A stretch of 64,000 bases of DNA, taken from Candidatus Woesearchaeota archaeon (GTDB taxonomy: Archaea; Nanobdellota; Nanobdellia; Woesearchaeales; ARS49). The notes under the pieces are model-generated. The model saw only the letters and a program-made list of their open reading frames with translations, was not told where the DNA came from and ran no database searches. The first letter of the stretch is position 1; every line of letters begins with the position of its first letter. Shown in pieces: positions 47,135-60,000 of this stretch. The DNA lies in contig JACQMY010000036.1 in assembly GCA_016203305.1 (NCBI GenBank), positions 1,886 to 65,885 of the forward strand. The letters run 5' to 3'. The position numbers and the translations under genes are program-made.

Positions 47135-48055
47135 TCACCCCTTTCTAAACCGGTTCAGCAACGCATACCTCCGATACTTCTGAACACCAGACTTCCAAGC
47201 AGCAAGCTCTGCCTTAACTTTCCGTCCACGCTCACGCAACTGCTCCATACGCTGCCGATATGAAAACCTGCCCATCTTACCAGCAAAATACTCCTCCTGA
47301 ACATGTTGCAAAGTCTTATTCGTTGCATCAATCACCCTTGAAGCCTCACGCTCCTTCTGCAAAGCAAACATCACGCGAAACTCAAGCCAGCCCCAAACTC
47401 CCAAAATAGCCAGGATTGCCAGAACCACAATCACACCGATCGTATGCCTCTTGACAAACTCTGTTATGTTCTTCTTTGCAATATAAGCAAACGTGCGTTC
47501 ACGAACGGCAGCAGACTCTGCCTCTGCCAAATGCATCCTAGTGGCATGCACCAAGACAAAAACTTCATCGTACCGTTCTGACTCAAAAGCATCACGCGCC
47601 TTTTCAAACGTCCGGTCAACCAAAGACATATTTACCGAAACATTCACCTGAACCAACAACGCACCCAAATCCTCCAACGCATCACGAGCGTCAAAAGCAG
47701 AAACCTTTTTCTCAGCAATCCATCGCCCAAGCTCAACCACTCTGGTTAAATTCTGACCGGGCCTCAACCCAGCACTCCGCGCTTGTGCAATCATCCTGAA
47801 ATACTCCTCAGCAAGAGGCTTTCCCTCCACTGATTCGTTCAAGTGGACAGCAGTCTGCAACAACGCGAACTCATCACGGCCAACCAAAGAGTCGTTCATT
47901 CTCAATAACGTATCTTCCAAAGAAGCATATGGAAGACCTGCCTTTTTAACCTGAGCAACATCAACAGTAGCGTTCAAAAACACCTCTTTTGCCTGCTCAA
48001 CAGAAACTGCACAAGCCAAAGAAGACAAAACAATTAACAAAAGCAACCACTTCAT
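47135..48055 (-). CDS. signal-peptide protein with a C-terminal TM helix and basic coiled coil; paralog of the giant protein's C-terminal anchor
   Basis: Signal 'MKWLLLLIVLSSLACA'. TM 'IGVIVVLAILAILGVWGWL' followed by a 'QEEYF'-type coiled coil, mirroring the C-terminus of the 4872-aa protein ('WWALALLAALALYGAL...EAQEAYF'). 4-nt overlap with it. Confidence 0.6.
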   Translation of the reverse strand: MKWLLLLIVLSSLACAVSVEQAKEVFLNATVDVAQVKKAGLPYASLEDTLLRMNDSLVGRDEFALLQTAVHLNESVEGKPLAEEYFRMIAQARSAGLRPGQNLTRVVELGRWIAEKKVSAFDARDALEDLGALLVQVNVSVNMSLVDRTFEKARDAFESERYDEVFVLVHATRMHLAEAESAAVRERTFAYIAKKNITEFVKRHTIGVIVVLAILAILGVWGWLEFRVMFALQKEREASRVIDATNKTLQHVQEEYFAGKMGRFSYRQRMEQLRERGRKVKAELAAWKSGVQKYRRYALLNRFRKG

Positions 48056-51000
48056 TTTCCCACCTCTTTCCTCAACTCTGCAATATGCGCGTCCAGCTCA
48101 GTTACCAAACTCTTGAACACCTGCATTCGAAGCTCATATCTCCTCCTGGAAATAACGTGATGAGCAAAATATGCCAATTGAGCCTCGCGCAAGCCACGCA
48201 TTGCCTCCTGGCGTTCTGCGATGGCCACCTTCAAAGCCTGATCCTTTCGGTACAAACGAGAACGCAACAAGCGCAGCCCAACCATGTCGCCAGTAATTCT
48301 TTCCAAACGCAACTGCAACTGGCCACTTGCACGCTCGAACTCCCTGCCACCAAGCTCGCGCCTGACAAAATAAGCCTCCTGAGCCTCACGCAACAACCGC
48401 TGCGCCTCAACACGCTCGCGCAACAACGCATCCAACCTGTACTTTATGAACGCAAGACGCGCAAGAAGCACTGCTTTAAGAGCGCCATACAAGGCAAGCG
48501 CTGCCAGCAACGCCAAAGCCCACCAGTACCTGCGCGCAACACTCTGCCACGTCCAAGCACGCTCTACAACTCTCAACTGCACGGCGAGCGCTTCATCTGC
48601 CAACGAGATCGCACGATCAAAGTCCTCACGCTCGAATGCCTTAACAGCAAGAGAAAGCAACTTCTCAACAGCAAGAACGTCAAGCCCTTCGTCCTCTGCC
48701 TTGTTTATCTCTGTCCTTACCTTATCCAACAAAGCGCCTGCTTCCAACTCGCGCTCCAACAACAAACGCAACTTCTCAACAACATACGCAGACTCCTTGT
48801 AATCACGTTGAACAAGAGCGTTCCTTAACATTCCGCGCAACACATCAGCCCGAGTAACAGGATAATCCTTTGCCACAACTATTGCATACAAGCTCTCCAC
48901 ATCAGTATAAGCACGCTCAACCTCATCCGATGTAACTTCTCGAATAATCAAACGGACCCGTTTGTACTCAACAACAGTCTTCCTAATCTTGGTTGAAAAC
49001 GGCAAACCATTCCTGAACTCAACACCCTCTGCTTCCAACAGAGAAGTCATTATGAAGGTTATGTTTACTTCTGATTGCTGCTCATAAGCAGGAGCGGCAA
49101 GCTCGATATCGAAAATCCTACTCTGCCCATACGGAATGTTCTCCAATGCTTGCGGGGACCAGTGAATGTATCTTGAGAGGTAGCCGTCAACAGTTAAATC
49201 AACACGTTTCATCAAGGAATTATTGTAAACGTTCGTAACAATCAACGGAAATACTATTCTTGTACCACGCTTAACCTCGATAGTCTCATTTGTCACTAAG
49301 GCAGCTCGCTCAAAAAATGTCTTCTGGAACGTGCCGGGATCTATCCCTCCACCGCCACCGCCCGCACCTCCTGCGCCACCAGCACCACCACCGCTGCCTG
49401 AGCCGCCACCTCCTACAACAAATCCAGGACCGGCAACAACCAATACTTGAGCCGTTGTACCAAGCGTCAAGTTCTGAGAAGAAAGCAGGACGCCAGAATC
49501 ATTAAACCCGTCAGCTGCAGTGCTAACATCCCTGAACCCAAGAACTGCGCCTGATGGAATCTGCACAATAATCGGCAACTCCTCACTAGCATTCGGTTCG
49601 ATCGTTCCAAAGAACGTTGACAAACCACCACCAGTTAGCACCCAATCAACAGGCAAGGTTATATTCAAAGTCACATTAGACGCATTCTTCGTGCCTCTGT
49701 TAGTTACCCTTGCAATAATCGAAATTCCTGACTGGCCACGCTGCACTTGAGACGGAATTACTGAAAAGTCGGCAAACAAGAATGCATCATCCACAGTTGT
49801 AATTGTGAAACTTGTGTTCAACTGCGCAGGAGACGCGTTCAGCGAGCTGCCAACAGTGGTCGCGTTGATAGTGATATTATTAGAGAATACACCAACAGTC
49901 CCAGGAGCAGTCGCGTTAACACCCACCATTCTGACCCCGCCAGGAGAAAGAGTAAAGTTAGTCTCGCTGAAGAAGGTGGCATTAAGAGTAGAGTTCAACA
50001 CAAACGATAAGTTCACATCCCCTGTATTATTAATAGTTATATTGCCCATCGAGATATTGACCCCCATCGGACTTGAGAACACACCCAAATTGGCAGGAGA
50101 ACGCGTCCACGTAGCCTCGAATGAAACATTAAACACTACAATTCCAGACGTGCCATTATTTCCTGCGGTGTCATTCCCAGTCATAAACACGATATAACTC
50201 CCCTCGACTGCAAGGAACGAAGCATTAAACTCACCAGTCAAGACATTGAACGACATCGACACATTTGCAAAAGAAGAACCGTTCACCACTATATGCAACA
50301 CCACAGAGTTCAAGTCAACAGCGGTGAAATTATCAGTAATGTTCGCAGTGAAATTAATCAACACTCCTGGATCCAGCGCGTCAACCGTACTCGGAGAGAA
50401 TAACAAACTCAAGAAGTCAGGAGGAGTACGGTCAACAGCAAATACCCTCGTTTCAGACGTGCTTGTATCAGCCGAAGTATCAGTACATGCAACCGCCCAA
50501 GTATAGTTGCCCTCTGACAGGCCTGAGACAGTAAAGTTTACCACTGAGTTATTCAGAACCGAAGAATTTGTCTGATTAACTGAACCATTCAACAACAATG
50601 AACAATTCAAAGTTGCAGACTCCGCGTCAGTCACGTTGGCAAAAAACAACACTGTCAAGTTTGTCGTGTTCGTCCCATTAGCAGGAGCAATGGAAACAAC
50701 AACAGGGGAGAGACCTGAAATAACCGTTGTCGACTCCGTAGCATTCACCTGCACAAACTCGCCTGACACGCTTACCGCTGACACGTTCACAGAGTTATTC
50801 AAAACAGTGCCGTTTGCAATACCATTGCTAACGTTCACCAAAATAGACAAGTTCACAGACGCGCCAGGAGAAAGATTGCCTAGCGAGAACGTACTATTGC
50901 CCGAAGCAGGGGCAGGAGAAGAACTCACAAACAACACGCCAGACGGATAGGTTTCATTCACCGTCACGTTATATGCAATCTCGCCGTCCAGATTCTGCAC

Positions 51001-54000
51001 TGTGATCGTGTAATTCAATTGCGACCCTTGCAAAACAGGATCAACAGAGTCAGATTTTGAAACAGCCAACGCAACAATACCTGCGATTGTTGTCGTCGTA
51101 CTATTCGTTACCGTAAAGTTCTGCCCTGTTGCGTTGGCAAACGAAACGTTATACGAATTATTCAACAATGAACCGTTGAAGGCAGCAAAGCTCACGTTAA
51201 CAGTAATGTTAATCGTTGTTGAACCTCCAGGCAAAATATTGCCAACGCTAAACGTGCCATTTCCTGAGCTTGGAAGAGGCTGACTGCCATTGAACGTCAC
51301 ATTAACAGGATAACCCTCAACAACAGTAACGTTGTACGCAATGTCATCACCAACATTGTTCACCATAATCTGGTACCGCAATGTTGAATTCACCGGAACA
51401 GGATCAGGACTATCAGACTTTGAAGTAAACACAACAGCGAATCCTGTAACAGTTGTGACCTCTGTATCGCTCGACGACCTATTACCGCCAGACGTGTTCT
51501 GGAATGAAACATTCACAAAATTTGAAAGCAACGTTCCATTTGCCAAGCCATTGCTCACATTAACAGTAATGTTCACAGTTGTAGACGCATTCGGAGACAA
51601 GTTACCTAGAGAAAACGTATTGTTTCCAACAGTTGGAACAGGACTACTGTTGTGGAACACAACACCAGACGGATAAGTTTCTGTCAAAGTAACATTAAAC
51701 GCAACATCATCACCAGTATTGTTAACCAAAATACTATAATTCACCTGCTGGCCTTTTATGACCGGATCGGGTGAATCAACTTTTACAACCGAGATCGTTG
51801 CAGCACCCAAAACAGTAGTCGTTGTGCTATTGCGCACAGTCGTGTTCACCCCAGAAACGTTTGCAAACGTAACGTTATAACTATTATTCAAAACCGAACC
51901 ATTCGCTGCAGCAGCGCTTACGTTCAGGGTAATATTCACTGTAGCGCTCTGACCAGGAGACAAGTTACCAAGCGAGAACGTATTGTTCCCAACGCTTGGA
52001 GCAGGACTGCTGTTGTGGAACGTAACATTCTCAGGATAATTCTCAACAACAGTCACATTATATGCTATCTCATCACCAAGGTTGCTTACCACAATGGAAT
52101 ACTGCAACTGCTCGCCTCTTGCGACCGGATCAGGAGCATCAGACTTGCTCGTAAATACAACAGGGAAACCAACAACAGTAGTCTGTTCAGTATCACTCGC
52201 GCTCTGATTTAGCCCAAACGTATTCTGGAAAGAGGCATTTGCAGTATTGTTCAACAACGTTCCATTTGCCAAGCCATTGCTCACATTAACAGTAATGTTG
52301 ACCGTTGTTGAAGCATTCGGAGACAAGTTACCTAGCGAAAACGTATTGTTTCCAACAGTTGGAACAGGACTACTGTTGTGGAACACAACACCCGACGGGT
52401 ATGAATCCAAAAACGTCAAGTTGAACGCAGTATCATCACCAGTATTGTTGATTAAGATACTATAATTCAACTGCTGACCCTTAACAACAGGATCAGGACT
52501 ATCGGTCTTAATCGTAACAACAACCGGCGCGCCCAGCACACTCGTAAGAGTGCTATTCGTAACCGTAGCGTTCTGACCAGAAGCATTCGCAAAAGTCACA
52601 TTATAACTATTGTTCAACACCGTACCATTCACCAATCCAAGGCTCACGTTCACAGTAATATTCACCGTTGTTGACATGTTTGGCGAAAGATTGCCTACTG
52701 AGAACGTGCCGTTTCCTGAGCTTGCAACAGGACTACTACTATGGAACAAGACACCAGAAGGATAACTCTCAACAACAGTCACGTTGAACGCAGTGGAGTT
52801 GCCAGTGTTGTTGATTAAGATGCTATAGTTCAACTGCTGACCTTTCACAACAGGATCAGGACTATCGGTCTTTGAAGTCGAGATAGAAGGCGTAACAAAT
52901 AGTGCAGTGAAGTTCGTAACCTCAGAGCTATTGACTCTGCCACTAGTATCATTCGCTATAATTGTCACATTGTACAAACCAGTGAGCGGGATGAAGAAAG
53001 ATGCATTATACTTACTTGTGCCAGGAACAATCACCAACACAACCTGCTGTATTGTTCCATTAGGCAAGGTCACGTTGGCAAGCACGGTATCAATAACGCC
53101 ATCATCAGTCACGTTGGCAGCAAGCTCAATTGTCTCACCAATGTTAAACGTGCTATTCACAACAGGCCTCAAGTCAAACACCAATGGAGTCACCAAGTCA
53201 CAAGTCCCATCCCACGAACTGCCATCAGTGAAGAAGCCTTTAAACACGCCCTGGCCAGAACTATTCGTGTATGCAACCACAAACCTGCCAGGACAGATAG
53301 AGTTATTTGTAACTGAAACACGACCTGCAACATCCAACAATCTGAACGTACTATTAGGCTGAGACTCGACTGTTATCTCGTTGCTTATGTTGGAACCACT
53401 CGCATTAAAAGTAGCTGCCTTGATCGCACCAGCATTCTCATCCCACCACGCGACAACAGCCACATCCTCAGAGCTTGTCTCATTCATCTTCACAGTACCC
53501 GCCGAAATTCGCGAAATGACTCCTGCATTCCCATCGATAGATGCCGGAGCGAACAGCACCACGTTATCGCTCGTCCTGCCAGCAATGTAAACGTTCTGAT
53601 CAACAGAATCGTAGAATGCCATGAAGAAAGAATTGTTCACTAATGAGCTATTCCCAAGCGAGGTCATCGCAACCTGCCCAGTTTCGCCGACATCAGCATC
53701 TATGTCAACCTGGCCTGTCAACAATGCCCCCGTCTCACTTTGAATGCTGAAAGTAGCATCGTTTGACAAGTCATCAAACCAGAAGTACGCCCACCGTGTA
53801 CTATTCGCACCAGCGCATCCAACCAAATTCTCATTAGGAGCAGCAGGAGCCATGTTGCCATCAACCGCTAACTCCCCAACAGACTGAGTTCCATTATTGA
53901 AGAACGTCAAGAATGACGCGTCTGCGTTCCCATCATTCGCATAACACGTCACAGACTGGTTAACGATAGAGGCAAGCTTCACATCAGTATTCAAACCAAT

Positions 54001-57000
54001 CCCTGCACGCACAACAGTCGGAGAAGTTGTGTTCGTTCCATTTATCAGGAACAGCCCCTGGGTCAAGTCATCAGATGGCCCATCAACCCACGAAATCAAA
54101 AAGTGCGTGCTATTGACCAAAGCAACATCAACCCGCGAAACATTATCCGCAGAAGTATCAACATCAGTCGTGTTCACAATCACGGTTCCATTCGTGTTCA
54201 TAATTCTAAATGAGACATCAGATTCATTGTTGTCAACAAACGCTATCACAAATGCGGTATTGTTAACAGGCGCAATAGCGACATCAACAGCAGAGCTTGT
54301 TTCAAGGAAGCCAGGGTCGTTCGGCGTGATAGTTATTGTATAATTCTGTCCAGGAGAGATGTTCATTATTTCAGACCAGTTACCCAAACACTCCTGACCT
54401 GAGAAGTTATAATTCTTACACGTGTACAAAAGATAGTCTCCAATCGCAGTAACCACTACGCTTGCATTGGTGAAATTAATCCCAGTCGGATCGATAGCGT
54501 ACTCGACAAAGGAGCCATTCGGCGTCTGGCTCTCTGAGAACGGATCATCAATGCGCAAAATACTCAAAATGCTGCTTGAATTGTGCAACAGCATGCTGAT
54601 AGATTTCACACGCGACCCGCTAATATTCGCAGAAAGGTTCAACATGCCAGAAACATTACTCGTCACGGACAAAGTGTAGTTAACAAATCCACCCGTACGG
54701 TTGACTATGTCGATCACATTCAAGCTCTGCCTTATGAACGTCAGCGTGAAAGAGTTGTTCACATTATTCAAAGTATCATTCGCAAATATTCTGATCGTAT
54801 AATTACCACGCTGCGTCAAGTTTGAGAATGACAAATTATACAAAGAGCCAGTAACGTTTGTCGAAAAGTTCTGCAAAGTGCCATCTGGATAGGTAATCTG
54901 CACCATAACCGTGCCAACACCCAGCCAATCAGTCACGTTCGCCGTGATGTTAATAGTATCGTTCAACAAGAACGAACCGCCAGCAACAGGACTCAACACT
55001 GAAACATTCGGAGGATTAACCTTAACGACAACTTGCCGCGTCTCAGTATTGTTGATATTGCCAGCCAAGTCAAACACTGTTGCATTAAAGAAGTACAAAC
55101 CGTCCGCAAGACCTGTGAAGTTCACAAAGTTAGGAGAACTGGAAGTATTACTGCTGTTAATCTCTCCGCCAGTCGAGTTGAACAAGCGAATTGTGGTGTT
55201 CGCAAAGTTCACGTCTGTTCCGGTCAAATTAACCAGGATATTCCGCCTCGCAATTGTGGAACCATTCGCATCAGTCGGAGAAACAAATTCAGCAGCCGGC
55301 CTCAAAGTATCAATCGTAATCGTCCTGTTCCCAGTCTGATTCGAATTACTACCTATATCGCTCACACTGCCAAAGTACTGGTACACGCCATCCGCAAGAC
55401 CTGTGAAGTTATTGAAGAACGACATGTTCAAAGGAGTGTAAGTAATATTTGACTGGTCAATAGTTGCAGTAACTGCAATCACCGGAGCATACTCGATGGT
55501 ATTCGATCCTATAAGCAAGAAGTTTGAAGCATTCTCAAACGTCTTCGGAGAAACATCAGAAGTTCCAATTGTCCCAACATTGTTCCCGTTAACAAGCACG
55601 TTCAAAGTACCGGAAATTACGGAAAAAGTGGCTGTCAAATTAGCCCTTGAAGCATTATCGGCAATAGTAATGACATGGCTCTGTGAGGTAAGACTTGCGA
55701 CAAAAGTTATGTCAGTGCCATTCGCTTCTGACCTGAGAGGAGTTGTAAAGTTCACACGAGAGCCATTAAGCTCGATAAGCGCAACACTCATGTTCGCTTC
55801 GTCAACAGAAATGTTCACGGGCACAAACGTATTGCCTGTAAACGTGTTGTCAGCAGGAGTTGGACCTACAAATCTAATCTGTGGAACAATGGTATCTAGC
55901 CCTACATTGAATGACGTCACCACTGTATTATTGATGTTGCCTTCAGTATCGTTCGCCCTGAAAGTAATATTATACTGCCCGTTCAAGTTCGGCGTTATGA
56001 AAGACCCATTATATTTATCCGTACCTGGAACTCTGGTCAAGTTAACCAAGAACGTCGTACCATTAGGGAAAGTAATGTTCGCAGTCACGTTATCAACAGC
56101 AATATTATCTGTAACGTTTGCAGAGATCTCGATCACGATGCCTGGAGCGAATGCCGTTCCTTCAAACGGACGCACATCAAACACCAAAGGCTGAATAGTG
56201 TCTGCAATAACTGTTGTGTTCTGAGAAGCATTCTGAGTAAAGTTAACACCAGACAGGTTGGCAAAAGTCACGTTAACAGTGTTATTGATGACCGTGCCAT
56301 TCGCCAGACCACGGCCAATATTCAATGTGATGTTAATTGTCGTGAAAGTTCCATTCGTCAGGTTTCCAAGCAAGAACGTATTGTTGCCCGAGCTTGGAAC
56401 AGGTTGGGAGCCATTGAATACTACGCTCACAGGATAATCCTCAAAAACAGTAATGTTATACGCGATCTCATCACCAGTATTGTTCACAACAATCTGATAC
56501 CGCAACGTAGCACCACGCACAACAGGATCAGGACTATCAGACTTATTTACAGAAACTTGAGCAAAGCCAAGAACTGTTGTTAGCTCTGAATCAGACACTG
56601 TGACATTCTGACCAGAAGCATTAGCAAAAGTAGCAGAAACACTATTGTTCAAAACAGAGCCGTTTGTCAAGCCATTACTCACATTAACAGTAATGTTAAT
56701 CGTGGTTGACTGGCCAGGCAACAAAGTGCTAAAGCCAAACGTGTTATTGCCGCTACTTGGAGCAGGCGTACTTGAATGAAACACAACACCAGATGGATAG
56801 CTCTCAACAACAGTCACATTATAAGCGATCTCACCACCCGTATTATTCACAAATATCGAATAGTTCAACTGCTGACCCTTTATGACGGGGTCAGGATTAT
56901 CATTCTTAATCGTGATAACAATAGGAGTACCCTGCACATTCGTAGTAGTACTGTTAGTCACGGTCGTGTTAACACCTGAAACGTTTGCGAACGTCGCATT

Positions 57001-60000
57001 AAACGAATTATTCAAAACAGAACCATTAGCCAAAGCACCACTAACATTAACAGTAATGTTAACAGTCGCACTCTGACCAGCAGACAAGTTGCCCAATGAG
57101 AACGTGTTGTTGCCAGAAGATGGTGAAGGTTGGCTTCCATTAAATACGACGTTTGAAGGATAACTATCAACAACAGTCACGTTATACGCAAATTCATCAC
57201 CCAAGTTTATCACAGTAATCTGATACGACAAAACAGAACCATTCAACACAGGATCAGGACTATCACTCTTAGAAGCGAACACAACAGGGAAACCAAGCAC
57301 AGTAGTAAGCTCAGAATCAACAACAGAACTATTCTGACCAGAACTATTCGCAAACGTAGCATTAACAACATTAGTCAAAACAGTACCATTTGCCAAACCA
57401 TTGCTAACGTTCACAGTGATGTTAATCGTCGTGGAAGAACCATTTGAGATATTGCCAAGCAAGAACGTGCCATTTCCTGAGCTTGCAACAGGACTGCTAT
57501 TATGGAACACCACGCCAGCAGGATAAGTTTCTACTACAGTAACGTTAAACGCAGTATCGTCACCAGTATTGTTGATTAAGATACTATAATTCAACTGCTG
57601 ACCTTTAACAACAGGATCAGGACTATCGCTCTTAATGTTCACAATAACAGGACTACCCAAAACAGCAGTTGTAGTACTATTGGTCACGGTCGTGTTAACA
57701 CCAGACAAGTTCGCAAAAGTAGCATTAAACGAGTTATTCAACACAGTACTATTTGTAAGAGCAGAACTCACATTAACAGTAATGTTCACGGTTGTTGATT
57801 GACCAGGAGACAAGTTGCCAAGACTAAACGTGTTATTGCCACTTGTTGGAACAGGTTGGGAGCCATTGAATACTACGCTCACAGGATAACCATCAACAAC
57901 ACTCACATTATATGCAAACTCATCACCCAAGTTCACCACAGTAATCTGATACCGCAAAGTTGTGCCCTTAGGCACAGGATCAGGACTATCACTCTTAGAA
58001 GCGAACACAACAGGGAAACCAAGCACAGTAGTAAGCTCAGAATCAGAAGCAGAACCATTCTGACCAGAACTATTCGCAAATGTAGCATTAACCGTGTTCG
58101 TCAAAACAGTACCATTAGACAGACCATTACTCACGTTCACAGTAATATTAACAGTTGTAGATGCGTTCGGAGACAAATTACCCAAACTAAACGTGCCGTT
58201 TCCTGAAATTGGAACAGGGCCACTACTATGGAAAACAACACCAGCAGGATAAGTTTCCACCAAGGTAACGTTAAACGCAGTATCGTCACCAGTATTGTTG
58301 ATTAAGATACTATAATTCAACTGCTGACCCTTAACAACAGGATCAGGACTATCGCTCTTCACAGACACCACCACAGGAGAACCAAGCACAGTAGTCAAAG
58401 TACTATTAGAAACTGTTGAGTTCTGACCGGCCAGACTTGCAAAAGTAACATTATAACTATTGTTCAACACGCTATTGTTAGTCAACCCAGCACTCACGTT
58501 CACAGTAATATTAACGGTTGTAGAAACGCCAGGCAACAAATTGCCAAGACTAAACGTGCCATTGCCTGAAGAAGGCGAAGGTTGTGAGCCATTAAATATA
58601 ACGTTTGCAGGATAGCCGTCAACAACAGTCACATTATACGCAATCTCTGTTCCAACGTTATTCACAACAATCTGGTACCGCAAAGTTGTACCCTTAGGCA
58701 CAGGATCAGGACTATCAGACTTGCTCGTGAACACCAAAGCAGCACCCTGCACAGTCGTAATAGTACTATTAGGCACGGTCGTGTTAACACCTGAAATGTT
58801 GGCAAAAGTCGCATTAAACGAATTATTCAAAACAGAACCATTCGCCAAAGCGGCACTCACGTTCACTGTGATATTGATCGTTGTAGATTGGCCAGGCAAC
58901 AAATTGCCAAGACTAAACGTGCCATTGCCAGAAGCAGGCGAAGGTTGTGAGCCATTAAATATAACGTTTGCAGGATAGCCGTCAACAACAGTCACATTAT
59001 ACGCAATCTCATCACCAGTGTTGAATACTGTGATCTGATAACGCAACGTCGACCCATTCAACACAGGATCAGGAGTATCCGCCTTGTCCGCAAACACAAC
59101 AGGGAAACCAAGCACAGTAGTCAAGATGCTTGTGTTAACAGACTGGTTGCCAGTCGAGTTCGAATAGTTCACAACAGCAGTATTGTTCAACAACGAGCCG
59201 TTTGACGCGCTCACGTTCACAGTAATGTTAACAAGGAAAGATCGACCAGCAGAAAGATTACCAATCGTGAACGTGTTATTACCCGAACTTGGAGCAGGCT
59301 GTGAACCGTTAAATACAACGTTTGTCGGATAAGTTTCGCGCACAGTAACATTCTCCGCAACTATCGTACCAGCATTTGACACGTTAATCTGATACCGCAG
59401 CGTTTGGCCTCTCACAACAGGATCAGGACTGTCAGACTTGGCAACAGTCACATTAGTAAACAACGCACCACTAATTGTAAAGGACCCTGAAACAGAGCTT
59501 GACGCACCAGACGAGTCAAGCGCGAACACTGTAAAGTTATACTGACCATTCTGAGTCGTATTAGTGAAGTTCAACTCGTACAACCCACTTGTTGTTGTGC
59601 CGCTCACTAAAGTCAAGTTGAACGACACAATACTACCGTTCGGCAAAGTCACGCTCACGTTAACCCTGCTGATGTTAATGTTATCCGTCGCGTTCACGGT
59701 AAAGTTCACAGTTCCATTTGTCGTGAAAATCGAACCATTTGCTGGAGAAACAACCAGGATGCTCGGAGCGGGATCAAAGCTGCCCCAGGCAAACATTGCA
59801 CACTGAGTCTGACCGTTCAAGCAATCGAGAGCTGTTTCAATAGTGGAAACATTCGTCCAGTTTGAACCATTCCACCTCGCGCTCGCCAAATTCTCTACAA
59901 AGCTAAAACCAAGCATCATAATCTCATTCGTAACAGGATGCGGGTAGAACTCAAGCGTTTCCACGCTATTCCCGCCACCAATCAACGAGCCAGTGAGCGG

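Noticed and set aside
47989-48828. 279-aa plus-strand ORF spanning the junction of the 306-aa gene and the giant gene.
   Set aside because: Antisense to two well-supported, overlapping minus-strand genes. Gln/Leu-rich mirror of the coiled-coil coding region.
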